From Octopus bimaculoides (lineage: Eukaryota), in NCBI RefSeq assembly GCF_001194135.2, contig NC_068983.1, forward strand, positions 82,556,350 to 82,614,195: a stretch of DNA of 57,846 nt, written 5' to 3'. The notes under the pieces were generated by a model. That model was not told the DNA's origin and ran no database searches. It worked only from the letters and a program-made list of their open reading frames with translations. Made by a program: the position numbers and the translations under genes. Positions 1 through 12,018 of the stretch are shown here, in pieces; within the stretch, counting starts at the first letter, position 1, and the number at the start of each line of letters is the position of its first letter.

Positions 1-48
<48 letters not shown>

Positions 49-141
49 AAAGAGAGAGAGAAAGAGAGAGATAGAGGGAGAGAGGGGGAGGGAGAAGAGA
101 CATACATACATACATACATACATACATACATACACACATAC
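1..141. repeat. (AG)n followed by (TACA)n microsatellites
   Basis: Direct reading of tandem AG and TACA units. Confidence 0.95.
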
Positions 142-590
142 GTACATGGATCTGACATATATTCGACAGCAGCATTTGAATCTACTTACTTTGAAGTTAA
201 GCGCTTTGATGGCATTTTAGTTATTGTTTTGATTTATCATGGATCAGAGCGAAAAGGCCAAGTATCCTCGCATTTTAATAGTCCTCGATATTAAATTGCG
301 CAAACACGTTTCCTGATATCTGTAATGGAGGCCATATTCAGGTTTTCATTTTACTATAGTTTTAGCATACTAAATTTACCTTTTAGTAGAGCCATGATAC
401 TTAGTAACTAGATGAATCACTAATGTTTTATGAAGAGTATATATTTACGATTGAGTAGACAAATAAAAGGAAAAGCACTGAACACATTTAGTATGATTAA
501 CAGGTATTATTATTTAGAATAGTTTGATCCTGCCCCATGTGACTTAAAGTTTCTTAGGTTTGTGTATGAAGCCAGAAACTTTAACACACA

Positions 591-745
591 GGCGCAGGCG
601 TAGCTGTCTGTTTGCTTTCAAACCACATGGTAATAAGTTCGCTTCCCTAGCACAAGGTTCCGGTTTCAGTCCGACTGCGTGGAACACCGGGCGAGTGTCT
701 TCTAGTATGCCGTCGCATGGACCAAACATTTTGAGTGAATTTAGC
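591..745 (+). mobile_element. tRNA-derived SINE family A, 5' head fragment
   Basis: Starts GGCGCAGGCGTAGCTGT, has B-box-like GGTTTCAGTCC, then GTGTCTTCTAGTATG..GACCAAA. Homologous to the reverse complement of the full copy at 50009-50413. Confidence 0.75.
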
Positions 746-913
746 TACTATTGTGAGAAGCAAACACAGGAGCGGTCCCTTAGAGGAAAACCTGCTTGAG
801 CATTCCTCGATCAACTCTCAGTCGATAGAAACCTCAAGGGTTGCCAGGAGTAATGGAAAATCGTAAATTGTGGAGTGAGTTTATCAAAAATGTTCAACCA
901 TAGTCACAATGAT

Positions 914-958
<45 letters not shown>

Positions 959-984
959 CTGTATGTATGAATCTCTGTGTACAG

Positions 985-1180
985 AGGATAAGGAGTAAAA
1001 GGTAAAGACGCCCTTCGGTCACGAATAACCATGGGGTTGCCCACGGAAGTTCCCCTCCAAGGCACAAAGCCGGGCAAGTTTGTGGCTGATCAGCAGTCGT
1101 CCATACCTACCAACCTCCCTCTCCACACTAGCAATGTTGTTCAAGAGAAAGACAAAGGCCGATACTTGATGCAAGTATGA
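985..1180 (-). mobile_element. Dispersed repeat fragment, probably a SINE 3' half
   Basis: GC-richer block (GGTAAAGACGCCCTTCGGTCACGAATAACCATGGG...) that I recall as an octopus SINE tail. No second copy in the window to confirm it. Confidence 0.4.
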
Positions 1181-1243
1181 ACTCCTTAAGTTATTTGGGG
1201 TGGGGAGGAACCACTGAAGATTTCTATTATGAAGGGCAGTTGT

Positions 1244-1495
1244 GGAGGCGCGTGGCTTAGTGGTTAGGGTGTCAGCACCATGGTCGTAAGATTGTGGTTT
1301 CGATTCCTGGACCGGGCGACGCGTTGTGTTCTTGAGCAAAACACTTCATTTCACGTTGTTCCAGTCCACTCAGCTGGCAAAAATGAGCAACGCTGCGATG
1401 GACTGGCCTCCCGCCCAGCTGGGAAACACATACGCCATTGAAATCGGATAACCGGGCGCATGAGCTTGGCTAGGCTTTAAAAGGGCGTATTTATT
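1244..1495 (+). mobile_element. tRNA-derived SINE family B
   Basis: A box TGGCTTAGTGG (1253-1263), B-box-like GGTTTCGATTCC (1296-1307), core TTGAGCAAAACACTTCATTTCACGTTGTTCCAGTCCACTCAGCTGG. Homologous copies at 12880-13030 and 15786-16030. Confidence 0.85.
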
Positions 1496-2099
1496 TTCTT
1501 TTTATGAAGGGCAGTAAAATGTCTCAAGTACAGCCATCAGATTCAATACGCAGGAATGGATCAACCGTGAATTGAAACCTTATTAAAATGCGCATCATTT
1601 ATGCTCACAAGAATTTTACGTTGCTTATTTTGTCAACCCTCTTTCTCCTCCTCTCTTACGAGTTTTCCAATTTCTCTCTTGCATACTTTGCTCTTTTAAT
1701 TGGTTTCTTCTCGGTCTCTGTCTCTCTCTGTCTGTCCGTCTGTCTCTCTCCCTCTCACACTCCATTCCCCTCTCTCTCTCTCTCTATCACAAAATTTCCC
1801 GTTTTTCAGACATCTCTTTCTCTCTCTTTGCCCTTCTTCGTCTCTTCCCTATCCTCCGTCTTGTTTCTTTCATTCCTTCCATTTCCTCCACCTCTCTCTC
1901 TTTCTCTCTGTCTCCCTCTTCGTATTCATTTGCATAAACACCAAGCTAAACAACAAACCACACCTGTAAATACACAAAAACACTAGTGCATAAACATACT
2001 TATACACGTCAGGAGAATATTGATTGACATATACACACAAACAACACTGAACAACACATCAATTACCACTTGCATACACATATATACATATACGTGCAT

Positions 2100-2165
<66 letters not shown>

Positions 2166-2175
2166 NNNNNNNNNN

Positions 2176-2248
<73 letters not shown>

Positions 2249-2412
2249 AGCCTGAAGACTAACACAGAACATTTTCTATGCAAAAACAAATACGCGCATT
2301 GCACAGCTAGACACATTTCACTAGATACTCACACATACTCTCGACCCTCTCTCTTTCTCACACTCATTTATCTCCGAATACATATATACGTGTGTGTGCG
2401 TGTCTATAAATG

Positions 2413-2520
<108 letters not shown>

Positions 2521-3029
2521 TACATATATATTTTTATGTATACACACATACACACACATATATGTATTCAAAAAAGTAGTCTCCCTAATATGAAAACAAG
2601 CGCCAAACCATATGCTATTCACATACACATTTTCTAAAACAAACTTCACATCACACACACCACACACAAACACACCACATACAAACACCCCCCACACACA
2701 TTCACACGCACACACCAGCACACATACATATATATTCATATATACATGCTTTCATATATATAATCATGCTTACAACAAACGCGCGCACATACACAATTAC
2801 AATGAAACAAAACAAATGACTTTACCAAAGTGGGTGGGCTCACCCGCCGCTTAGTCAACACCATTACGAAATATTTCACGATACCCCATACACTCAACAG
2901 AATGCAGGATAACTTCTACTTAACGCACGTCCCAGCCAGCTAGCGAGGCAACCCAACACCTTCATCACTACCAACAATATTTCTATCACACCTCTAACAA
3001 CAATAGTAATCATGCTCGGATGCATGCGA

Positions 3030-3130
3030 AGGCGCCTTTGTGCGGTTATTGTACCAGCTAGAAATAATAACCAAAACATTCTCTCGAATTACCCCCCACG
3101 GTCTTAAAAAACAACCAAACAGAATGTCAC
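3030..3130 (+). repeat. Unclassified short dispersed repeat (family E)
   Basis: Motif ..CTAGAAATA..CAAA..TCTC..AATCAC..CC..GTCTTAAAAA recurs at about 10455-10560, 16790-16920 and 51920-52020, and inverted near 44160-44230. Confidence 0.55.
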
Positions 3131-3350
3131 GTTATGTAATTTAGCACCAGATACACTGTTTGAAGAAAGGCGTGGTGGTCAGGACTGGGGGGGCCTTGAT
3201 TATATAGGTTTCCCAATAAAGTTAAACCTGGATCTAAAGCAAGATCAAAAACAACATCAAGAATATTTTTCTTAAAATGTTTCTTCGACCTATTAAATAT
3301 AGCTGTAAAATTTCTCTCATCTCCACAATGCTACGTGTTTGTAGTTGTGT

Positions 3351-3424
<74 letters not shown>

Positions 3425-3451
3425 ACCGTTTTTAATATATGTACATACAAA

Positions 3452-3665
3452 GGCGGTGAGCTGGCAGAATCGTTACCGCGCAAGACAAAATTGCTTAGCA
3501 GCATTTCTTCCAACTTTACGTTTGAAGTTAAAATGTTCTCAAGGTCGATTATGCTTTTGATCTTTCTGGGGTCGATAAAATAAGTATCAGTTGAGTACTG
3601 GGGTCGATGTAATCGACTTAACCCTTTCCCAAATATTGCTGGCTACCAGCCAAAATTTGAAACCA
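3452..3665 (+). mobile_element. tRNA-derived SINE family C
   Basis: Head GGCGGTGAGCTGGCAGAATCGTTA and core GGTCGA..TGC(C/T)TTT..CTTTC.GGGGTCGATAAAATAAGTA.CAG. Further copies at about 4583-4700(+), 6105-6215(+), 27545-27715(+), 36005-36110(+) and 35150-35285(-). Confidence 0.8.
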
Positions 3666-5559
3666 ATATATATACTTACAAACACACACACACATATATA
3701 TGTGTAATTGTATTTATATTTATATATAAGGATCATGTATTTGTTAATCTGAAAGTTTACTAGTTTATTCTCCATGATAAAGATAGCATTTCAAAGGAGA
3801 AATTTTCATAGAAATCTATCATGTTTAGTCATCCTATATCGGCATATCTAAGAGGATTATTATTTTCATATAAAAAGGAAAGCGCTCATGGCTGTATGCA
3901 GGGCCGTCAAAAATGGGAAAAGCCACTATTCATAGATTGCTGTAGCAATAAGCAGTACAGGAAAAATACTGAGTAAATATTAGAACAGAAACAGGGGCCT
4001 ACTATTTGCAACAAAACTAACTTTGCTAAATAAACTTACTCAAGGACCAAATACATGTGTTAAATCAAATGTATTATTCTAAAACAAGTAGCGAGCCATC
4101 CAACAAATTTTACAATACATCAGTGTTATTATTTTTATATATGATATAGAAGGAAGCAATACGTAACGTGTTGTTAAGTACAAAAGTGAGTACAATAATT
4201 AATTCTGGCTTTTTGTGATTTTTTAAGAATTGAAAGGAAACAAACTGAGCAAAAAAAGAAAGGAAGAAAATTATAGTTTTATTTACAACCTGAAGCAATG
4301 GAAGAAGAAACTCGCCTATGGTGATACTCTGAACGAATCTAGATTTTTAACTGAGTACCTACTTCACGAAACTCAACACGAGATTCCAGCTTTATATATT
4401 CGGTACATATGTTCAAATATATTGGTGAAAGTTTCCTCAATAAACATTCTAATGTCTTTATTTTATTTTAAATCATGGAATTTCCAAAAACATATCGCTT
4501 TATTGTTTTTTTGATGACGAATAAAGAATTACTTTACGTCACTGGGAGTGGCGTAAAAAAAGATGATTTGCTCATGTTAAGGAGGTGAGCTGACAGAGTT
4601 GATAACGAGCCAGGCAAAATGCCGCTAAGAATTTTGCCTGTCTTTACGTTCTAAGTTCAGATTACACTGAGGTCTACTTTGCTTTTCATCCTGTCCAGCT
4701 CATTTATAAAAGTACTAGCCGAGTACCGGTAACCGATTTGTCCCATCCCTCGAACTTACTGGCTCTATGCCAAAATTTCAAACCATTATTACTCCACTCA
4801 AGACAATCAGTTGGCTTTCCTTCAAGCAATTTCAAAAATGACAAAAGTCATCATGGTGTATTATTGTATTCACTGCTGTACCTAAGTACATCTTACACGT
4901 TGCTTTTATCCATATTATATACGAAAAATTACCAAAGGTCTATAAAGAAACACAATAAAGTCAAATTAAATATAAAATATACTTTAGCCAGAAAATTCTC
5001 AGAAATGTCTGCATTCCTAATGGCAAACGATACAAGCAATTCGTAAAGTCAACTAAATCAAGGACACTCTATATAATTTAATTTAATTCTAAAAATCTTC
5101 ATAGCTTAAAATTTCACACGATATTAAATTGCTTACATTTTTGAACTGTATATAAAATTAAAAAAAAAAAACAGAAAACATAACTAGTGTACTAGAAATG
5201 GATGACTAATAAATGTTTGATAATGGCATTGAGGATAATTTGTCATTCTTTAAATTTCACTATTCTTTTCTTTTGTAATTCATCTGCTGTAATTGTTTCA
5301 GTCTTCGGATTGCAGCTACACTGGCGCCACCTTTAATAGTTTTAATCGATTATATATGCCCCAGTGGTTTGTCAAGTATTTATTTTATCGATCTCATGTA
5401 GTAGAACTTCAAAAGTCAGCTTGCACTTAACCGAGACGGAACCAGTACCACGACATTATCGTGTTCAGCAGACCGATCCGTCTATCTTTTACCGACACAC
5501 GTGTAAAACATAAGTATATATTTCTCTCTTTCTCTATATGTGCGTGTGCATATATATAA

Positions 5560-6090
5560 ACGAGGTGGTATCAAATAGTTCCCGGACTAATTATGTTTAA
5601 TACAAAAAAAAAAAACTTACCTTAGTTTTAACATCATCTCCTTCGAAAAAGTCACCTTGTGCAGCAATGCACCGTCTTCAGCGTTCCTACCATTTGTGGA
5701 ATCCGGCCTGGAAGTCATTTTCCGTAAGCGAGTCAAGGACATTTTACGATTCATTCTGGATTTCGATAATGGTTTTAAAACAGCGACCGTTGAACTGTAT
5801 TTTCATCCCGGGGAAGAGATAGAAGTCCGCAGATGCTAAATCAGGCGAATAGGGCGGATGTGGAAGCGATACTATGTCGTTTTTGGCGAGAAACTCTCGA
5901 GTGAGGAGAGCTCAGTGACAAGCTGCATTGTCATCATGAAGAATTCAATTCTTTGCGATCCACAGATCCGGTTGCTTTCGCCGAATGTCCTCTCTCAAAC
6001 GCTTCAAAACACTGCTGTAGAATTCTCGATTGATTGTCTGGTACGTGGGGGTGGGGAAGAACTCTTGATACACAATTGATTGACTTTCTT
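5560..6090 (-). mobile_element. Mariner (DD34D-type) transposon remnant, 3' part with one TIR
   Basis: Minus strand translates HDNAACH*ALLTREFLAKNDIVSLPHPPYSPDLASADFYLFPGMK (mariner HDNA and YSPDL motifs, with stops). TIR-like ACGAGGTGGTATCAAATAGTTCCCGGACT at 5560 in a TA tract. Confidence 0.9.
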
Positions 6091-6960
6091 AATTGGAAGA
6101 GTTGTTAGGCAGAATGCCTAGCAGTATTTGTTCCGAAACACTGAGTTCAAACACCCACCTTGGTCAGCTTTGCCTTTCGTCCTTTCGGAATTGATAAATA
6201 AATAACCAATCCAATACTCAAACAGACGATGTTTGAGTATCGGAGATAATGCCTTGTATCTGCTTCAGTTGTTGATTTAGATGGCAACGCATATTGCGAC
6301 TCCATTGGAGCTGAATCGTTATTTAAACAAAAGCTTTCCTCTTGGTCAACTCTGGCGATGGTGGTGTGGAGACAGAAAAGTGAAGTATGTGGGCAATTGC
6401 TAGTCTAACATATATGTATCTGCACATGAATATGTGCAGATACATAGCCAACTTTGACCTACGGAGGTCTGAGAATGGAACTTTTTTATCCGTTCGACAA
6501 TAAAAATTCCTACTGTGTAGATCTATTTTTATATACATCCTGAAGTGGATACAATCTAGGCCAAACTCACAGTGTTGACAAATAGCAACAAATTTCCCAG
6601 TCTTTTGGAAGATAAGGAGAAGTAGCTTCTCCCTGCCCCCCTTTTAACGCTCAGAAATACGTATGGAGAATTAGTTGAAAAATGTTGCACGTTGAAATCT
6701 TACCCGCGTCCTCCTTTTGTTGTTTGGTCTACTTCGTCTTCCTTTTCCACTCTTAAACCACCATCACAACCACTGCCCCCCACCACCAACTACCACCACC
6801 ATCACCATCACCGTCACCACAACTATCATCATCATTAAATTCATCATCGCTGTCATCATCATTATACACCTCTTTTTCATCGTCAACATCATCATCATTA
6901 CTAGCAGCAGCAACAACAGCATTATCACGTGATAAATTCTTCATTTTGCACAATATTTTT

Positions 6961-7035
6961 TGCCAGTGTATTTCTTCTTCTTCTTCTTCTTCTTCTTCTT
7001 CTTCTTCTTCTTCTTCTTCTTCTTCTTCTTCTTCA
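6961..7035. repeat. (TTC)n microsatellite
   Basis: Direct reading. Similar (CTT)n at 13432-13500, (TATC)n at 13605-13682 and (CTA)n at 10563-10600. Confidence 0.95.
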
Positions 7036-7343
7036 CATTATCATAATTTTCCTCGTTCAATAGCTTCTTATCATTCCATAATCAAGAATAACTGAGCAAC
7101 TCTTGAAATGTTCTCCTCTCTCGAGCAGAGAATAATTCAAAAGAAGAAGATGAGTGTCCAAGTTGTTTGACGTCTGAAGACAAGAGCTATGGATAAGTAG
7201 GTGGCTGCTTCAATAAATGTGACCAACATCTGTTTGCTAGCACAAAAAGAAATGATTATATGAACTCGAGAAGCATGTGTTATTACATCTGTCTACACAG
7301 AAAACCGCGTGCGCGCGCGCTCACACACACACATGGATATATA

Positions 7344-7406
<63 letters not shown>

Positions 7407-7719
7407 TGTTGGAAAGAAAGTCCCGTCGCATTTCAAAATAGAAAAGAATCAGATGCTTCTTTGGTCTTACTTGATATATTTAATGAAAATAATATTTCCC
7501 CTCATTATTGATAGTATAATCTCAGGAATTTGGCAAATAGGTGAATCGTTGAGCATGAAACTCTTCAGGTTTCGAAGCAAATATATACTCAATATTTTAT
7601 ATATCTTCACAATTAATATACTTTTTTCCCTCTTAAATAACGTTGCAATGATCTGAAAAATTGATAATCAAATGGAACATAGTCGAGAGAGTAAAGAGAA
7701 TGATACAATGAGTTCACCA

Positions 7720-8700
7720 TTACCACTGATAATAGCCAATATATACATGGAATACTTTGAGAATTTGGTTTTAAGATCAACATCACTAAAACCAACCCTA
7801 TGGCTGCGATATGTTGATGACACCTTTATACTCTGGCCCCACCAGGAAGATGTCAAAGTACTGTTAGATCATGTGAACTCAATAAGGCCATCCATACAGT
7901 TCATAATGGAAAAGGAAAAAGACAGCTAGCATTATTCTTGGACATATTAATAACACGCACCAAGTATGGATCCAGGACATCCGTATACCGAAAGCCAACC
8001 TTCACTGGACGATACCTCAACTTCAATTCCCACCATCCATACAATGTAACGTGAGGGATTGCTCAGTGCCTAAAACATCAAGCTAAAAATATAAGTAGCG
8101 ATCCTGATACACATCACGAATAAATGATCAAACTAAGTAACAATCTATTAAGCAACAACTACCCCACAAAACATACTATCTACTCCAATTATGAAAAGAA
8201 GAGGAGATGAAACCCATAAACTGACCACAGTCTGTCTACCCTATGTGAAAGGCCTCTCCGAAAAGATACACAAGATATGCAGCCTCTATGACATCAGGAC
8301 AGTATTCAACAGTAATACAACACGTCGCAAATATCTCATTCGGGTAAAACCACGAATAGAAGAGAATATGACCAAAGACTGTGTGTACTCCATCCCATGC
8401 AGCTGTGGTAGGTTATACAAAGGCGAAACATGTCGCCCCCTCAAAATAATGGTAGAGGAACATCGCAAAGCTGTGAAACGAGGAGATATTGATAAATTGG
8501 GTATACCTGATTATGTATGGAAAAACAGAGACCACCTCCACCTGTGGGATGAAGTTAAAATAAAAGACAGAGAACACCACTGGAAAATACGAAAACTAAA
8601 AGAGGCAGCACATATGCTCGGACATAATAACCTCCTAAGCTGACCAAGTGCAGTTATGAATAGCATATGGGAACCGGTATTAAGGAAGAATAGGAAAATA
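7720..8700 (+). mobile_element. 5'-truncated Penelope-like retroelement (RT C-terminal half plus GIY-YIG endonuclease), decayed
   Basis: MSSPLPLIIANIYMEYFE..WLRYVDDTF (RT), VYRKPTFTGRYLNFNSHHP (PLE thumb), TVCLPYVKGLSEKI (linker) and VYSIPCSCGRLYKGETCRPL..EEH (GIY-YIG-like). Interrupted by stops and a frameshift. Confidence 0.93.
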
Positions 8701-8741
8701 TTAGATATATAAGCCCTAAAATTCATTCCATAATTGCCCAC

Positions 8742-8815
8742 GAGCATATGGCGTACTGGTTAAGAGTGCGAACTACTAACCCCAAAATTCCGAGTTCGAT
8801 TCCAGCCAGTGACCT
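8742..8815 (+). promoter_or_regulatory. tRNA-derived Pol III promoter-like head directly after the Penelope 3' UTR
   Basis: A-box-like TGGCGTACTGGTT (8749-8761), B box GAGTTCGATTCC (8792-8803) at tRNA-like spacing, and an anticodon-arm-like AACTACTAACCC. Confidence 0.7.
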
Positions 8816-8895
8816 GAATAATAATAATAATGATGATAATAATAACATCGGAAACATACCTTAGGAATGAGAACCCAAGTTTGAAATTCCCCCAG

Positions 8896-8941
8896 GATAC
8901 CTGCTGAAGGTTGGAGAGTACATCAGCCGAAACTTTGTGTT
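8896..8941 (+). ncRNA. Degenerate type I hammerhead ribozyme motif (Penelope pLTR type)
   Basis: GATAC-CTGCTGA-A-GGTTG..CAGCC-GAAAC-TTT-GTGTT. Stem I GATAC/GTGTT and stem II GGTTG/CAGCC. Core has A6C, and the stem III/cleavage triplet reads UUU rather than GUH. Confidence 0.6.
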
Positions 8942-9915
8942 AACAACAAACAAGATGAGGACAAATGTAAATAGTGTAAAAATAACATTGTTTCTGCCAA
9001 TCAGTGAGCTCTGAACTCAAAATCATGCGGTCGCCACCTTCCAGGCATTTAGTTAAACAAAATTGTATCCACGAAAGCGTACCTGCGGATTTAATATCTG
9101 CAGCGAACCGTTTGAGACTGTGTGAATGGTACTAGATATTATAGACAATGATTTGAGATGGAAAAAGAACAAGAAGTTCTATAACAGCTATTGACTGACG
9201 CGTGGTTCGAGTCTTCTCAAGTGGCATGATTTTATTTTATTTTTCTGTACCAAATAAGTGGTTGTAATGTCATATATTATTGACATAAGTTGTATCTCAG
9301 AGTCATAAGAAAGTTCACGAAACATACAGCATCTGAGAGAAAAGTAAAGAAAAAAAGGGATTAACCATACTAGGAATTATCAGCTGGGAGCTTTAAAATC
9401 ATAAACTCATCAGCTATTCAATCCTTCGTTAGTTTAATTTGTTTGAAATTTTAACAAATGCATTTGCTCCAGTTTTTGAACTCCGCTCGACAAAACAGAA
9501 TAAAATTTCTTTGGATTAAAATTAGTAGTCAACGAAACCATACTATGTAAAAAGAAAAGAAAATCAAGTTCGCAGTGTATGGTTAGAACTGTAAATGACA
9601 AAGTATAGCTATCTAAATTTACAGAAATATACAACCTATCTAGGATATGAAGGCGAAAGTAAGGAACAAAATATGAATATTAAAAAAGGCATTTGAAGTT
9701 TATTGTAATGGTTTAAATAATAAAAATCATTTGACAGCGAGTGACAGGTGTGAAATTAAACATTTACCTGTTTGCATATTAATATTTCATTACATTTAAA
9801 GAGAAAATAAAATTTGTATTTAAATATTAACATTTTTCTGTCGTATAATCAATATCTGACAACTTTTTCTCTCAAAATTTTAAAATTTCGTATTAGTCCT
9901 GAAATTTTTGTGCGT

Positions 9916-9953
<38 letters not shown>

Positions 9954-10564
9954 TTTTACTTGTTTCAGTCATTTGACTGCGGCCATGCATATGTCTATGT
10001 GTGTGCGTGTGTGTGTAGGTGTCTATTAATTCATTTTGTTTGAAAATATTACTGGTCGCTATAAATATTAAATGTTCCATGTATCATCGATGAAAACCGT
10101 ATTACATTTATTTTTATGAAAGTCTTCAGTGAAAGATGTCTTTTCAGCATGAAGAAACGTCTCAAACAGTTTTCCTTTTAGTTTTTCAGCTGTATTTCAC
10201 AGAAATACATCTATCAAAATATAATGAATGAATAAATAAAAGTTAAAAGTTAAAATGAAAGAAAAGAAGTTAAGTAAACTTTTAATTAGAATTTACTTAG
10301 GGTTTTGATTTTGTGTCAAGTTATATCTTATTTTCAATTCATTGGTTTATTATTCATATAAATATGGGTGAGAGTTGCTTCTCCCTGAACCAATACACGC
10401 CACAAATTGATTCTCACTTTATTGGCACACTTCCATAACACACACCACCAAAGAAGCCTCTACGTGGTAGTTCGCTAGGCAAGAAATAGCTGCGATCACA
10501 TCTGAGCATCTTAAAAACGAAAGATATATTGGGTAATGTATAGACGCACTATGCTTTAAAAAGT

Positions 10565-10600
<36 letters not shown>

Positions 10601-10722
10601 AGTCTTGCTGTATGGTTGTTTAACTCCAGGTCAGTTACGAATGACCAAACTTATAATGAAAGACATTGAAGCCGTGACCATCTCGTCCTTTTTCGCACTT
10701 ATTATTTGTAGGACGTACGTAG

Positions 10723-10862
10723 TATTAGGTTGAGGAAAAACTTCGTGCGCCGTGTTAAAATAATGCTTTTTTAATATATATTTTTGTGGTGTGTATTCAT
10801 TCAGTTCATGTCATGTTCAATGGTGACTCACGGCGCACGAACCTTTTTCCTTCAACCTAGTA
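10723..10862. mobile_element. Tc1/mariner-type MITE, about 140 bp
   Basis: TIRs TTAGGTTGAGGAAAAACTTCGTGCGCCGTG and CACGGCGCACGAACCTTTTTCCTTCAACCTAG, with TA on both sides. Confidence 0.85.
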
Positions 10863-10882
10863 TTCGTGTCCTTCTTTTATAG

Positions 10883-11073
10883 ACAATAGTGTATTACATG
10901 ATGGAGATTTGACTGCTACATCTAGCAGGTTGACTACAGAATATCCTTCGTTGAGTAGGTCGCGAATAAGAGTACATAACAAAATAAGTGTAAAGTCTTT
11001 TAGTGATGTCGATATGCAAAATCGTGCAGTATATTTCAAGAGTGACCAAGTTACTGCCGAAGAAGAATCATAA
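10883..11073 (+). CDS. Candidate terminal coding exon of an unidentified gene
   Basis: Acceptor CCTTCTTTTATAG then a stop-free frame (D)NSVLHDGDLTATSSRLTTEYPSLSRSRIRVHNKISVKSFSDVDMQNRAVYFKSDQVTAEEES* in non-repetitive sequence. No family recognised. Confidence 0.4.
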
Positions 11074-11254
11074 AATAAAGGATATTGCTTCATCTCTGAC
11101 CGTTGAAGATCTGTTCGTGAGACTTCATTCTGCAGTTAATACTTTAAAATCTGGTTGATAGGATATTAAAATTATTTTGGGAAAAATATCAGTGAAACCC
11201 AATGTTATCTCGGGAACTAAACATGTTAGCTTTGGGTCACAAGCGCCGTTATTA

Positions 11255-11475
11255 TACGATGGGAGGAGGCTGAAAAATTCCTGGTTTTAAGGGTGTCACG
11301 AAAGGCCGGGTAGGAGGCCAAACATTCCGAGTTCATTTAGATGGCTTAGAAAAACTGAAGGACCGCATGCAATAAGTGTGTGAATCTGAGAGGGGAATAT
11401 ATTGAATAAAATCATAACTGATTCTCCTGTAGTTTCTTTTACCCCAAAACAAGAATTTTTCAGCATCCACTCGTA
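11255..11475 (+). mobile_element. Mariner-derived MITE, about 220 bp
   Basis: Imperfect TIRs (TACGATGGGAGGAGGCTGAAAAATTCCTGG / CAAGAATTTTTCAGCATCCACTCGTA). The interior retains a mariner C-terminus-like KCVNLRGEYIE*. Second copy at 26573-26792. Confidence 0.8.
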
Positions 11476-11927
11476 GTATATTTAAGATAAAATAATATGA
11501 ATATGTGAAAATGTAGTCTAGGGCAGTTGTTCTTGAACTTATTTTGTTGCAGAACACATACCTTATTTTAGAAAAATCTTTTTTTCCAAAAATTGTGGAA
11601 TCCATACTTATCTTTTAAGGAAAACCACCACTCCCCTAAGACAATAAATGAAACAAACATCGTTTTAAAGAAAGACTGTATTTAAAAATAGCAAAATAAA
11701 ATGATTTATTGTTTTGAAAATAGCCAATACTATTTTATATAAAGTATTTCTTTAAAAAATTATTCAAAGACATGTCGTGAAGCTCTAAAATGTATAAGTA
11801 CTTACCAAAATCAAAAGCAGTAATTTTTAATTTTTAATTTATATTTCAAACAAATACCATTTTCCCATATTACTTCATATTTTTAAAAAAACTACAATTT
11901 AATAAATTATACAAATTTCACATTTTA

Positions 11928-12018
11928 TATCTCTGAAGAGCAGAAGAATTGTCTACAAATGCTTATCAATATAGGATTCCATTATAGGGACAACACTTCT
12001 GCGAAACGATCGAAGATG
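11928..12018 (+). ncRNA. Degenerate type I hammerhead motif with long stem II
   Basis: TATCT-CTGAAGA-GCAGAAG..CTTCTGC-GAAA-CGATCG-A-AGATG. Perfect 7-bp stem II extended by TTGTC/GACAA, palindromic stem III, stem I TATCT/AGATG. U16.1 is missing. Confidence 0.6.

Noticed and set aside
7568-7600. CTGAAGA on the minus strand inside GAAAC/GTTTC
   Set aside because: No GAAA after a stem II (reads GATT). Only a small hairpin.
8742-8815. Functional tRNA gene
   Set aside because: A and B boxes are present but the acceptor stem does not pair and there is no oligo-T terminator. Treated as a tRNA-derived head, as are the SINE heads.
10085-10145. TCGATGA..GAAAGTC hammerhead-like string
   Set aside because: No stem I pairing, weak stem II and a misregistered stem III.
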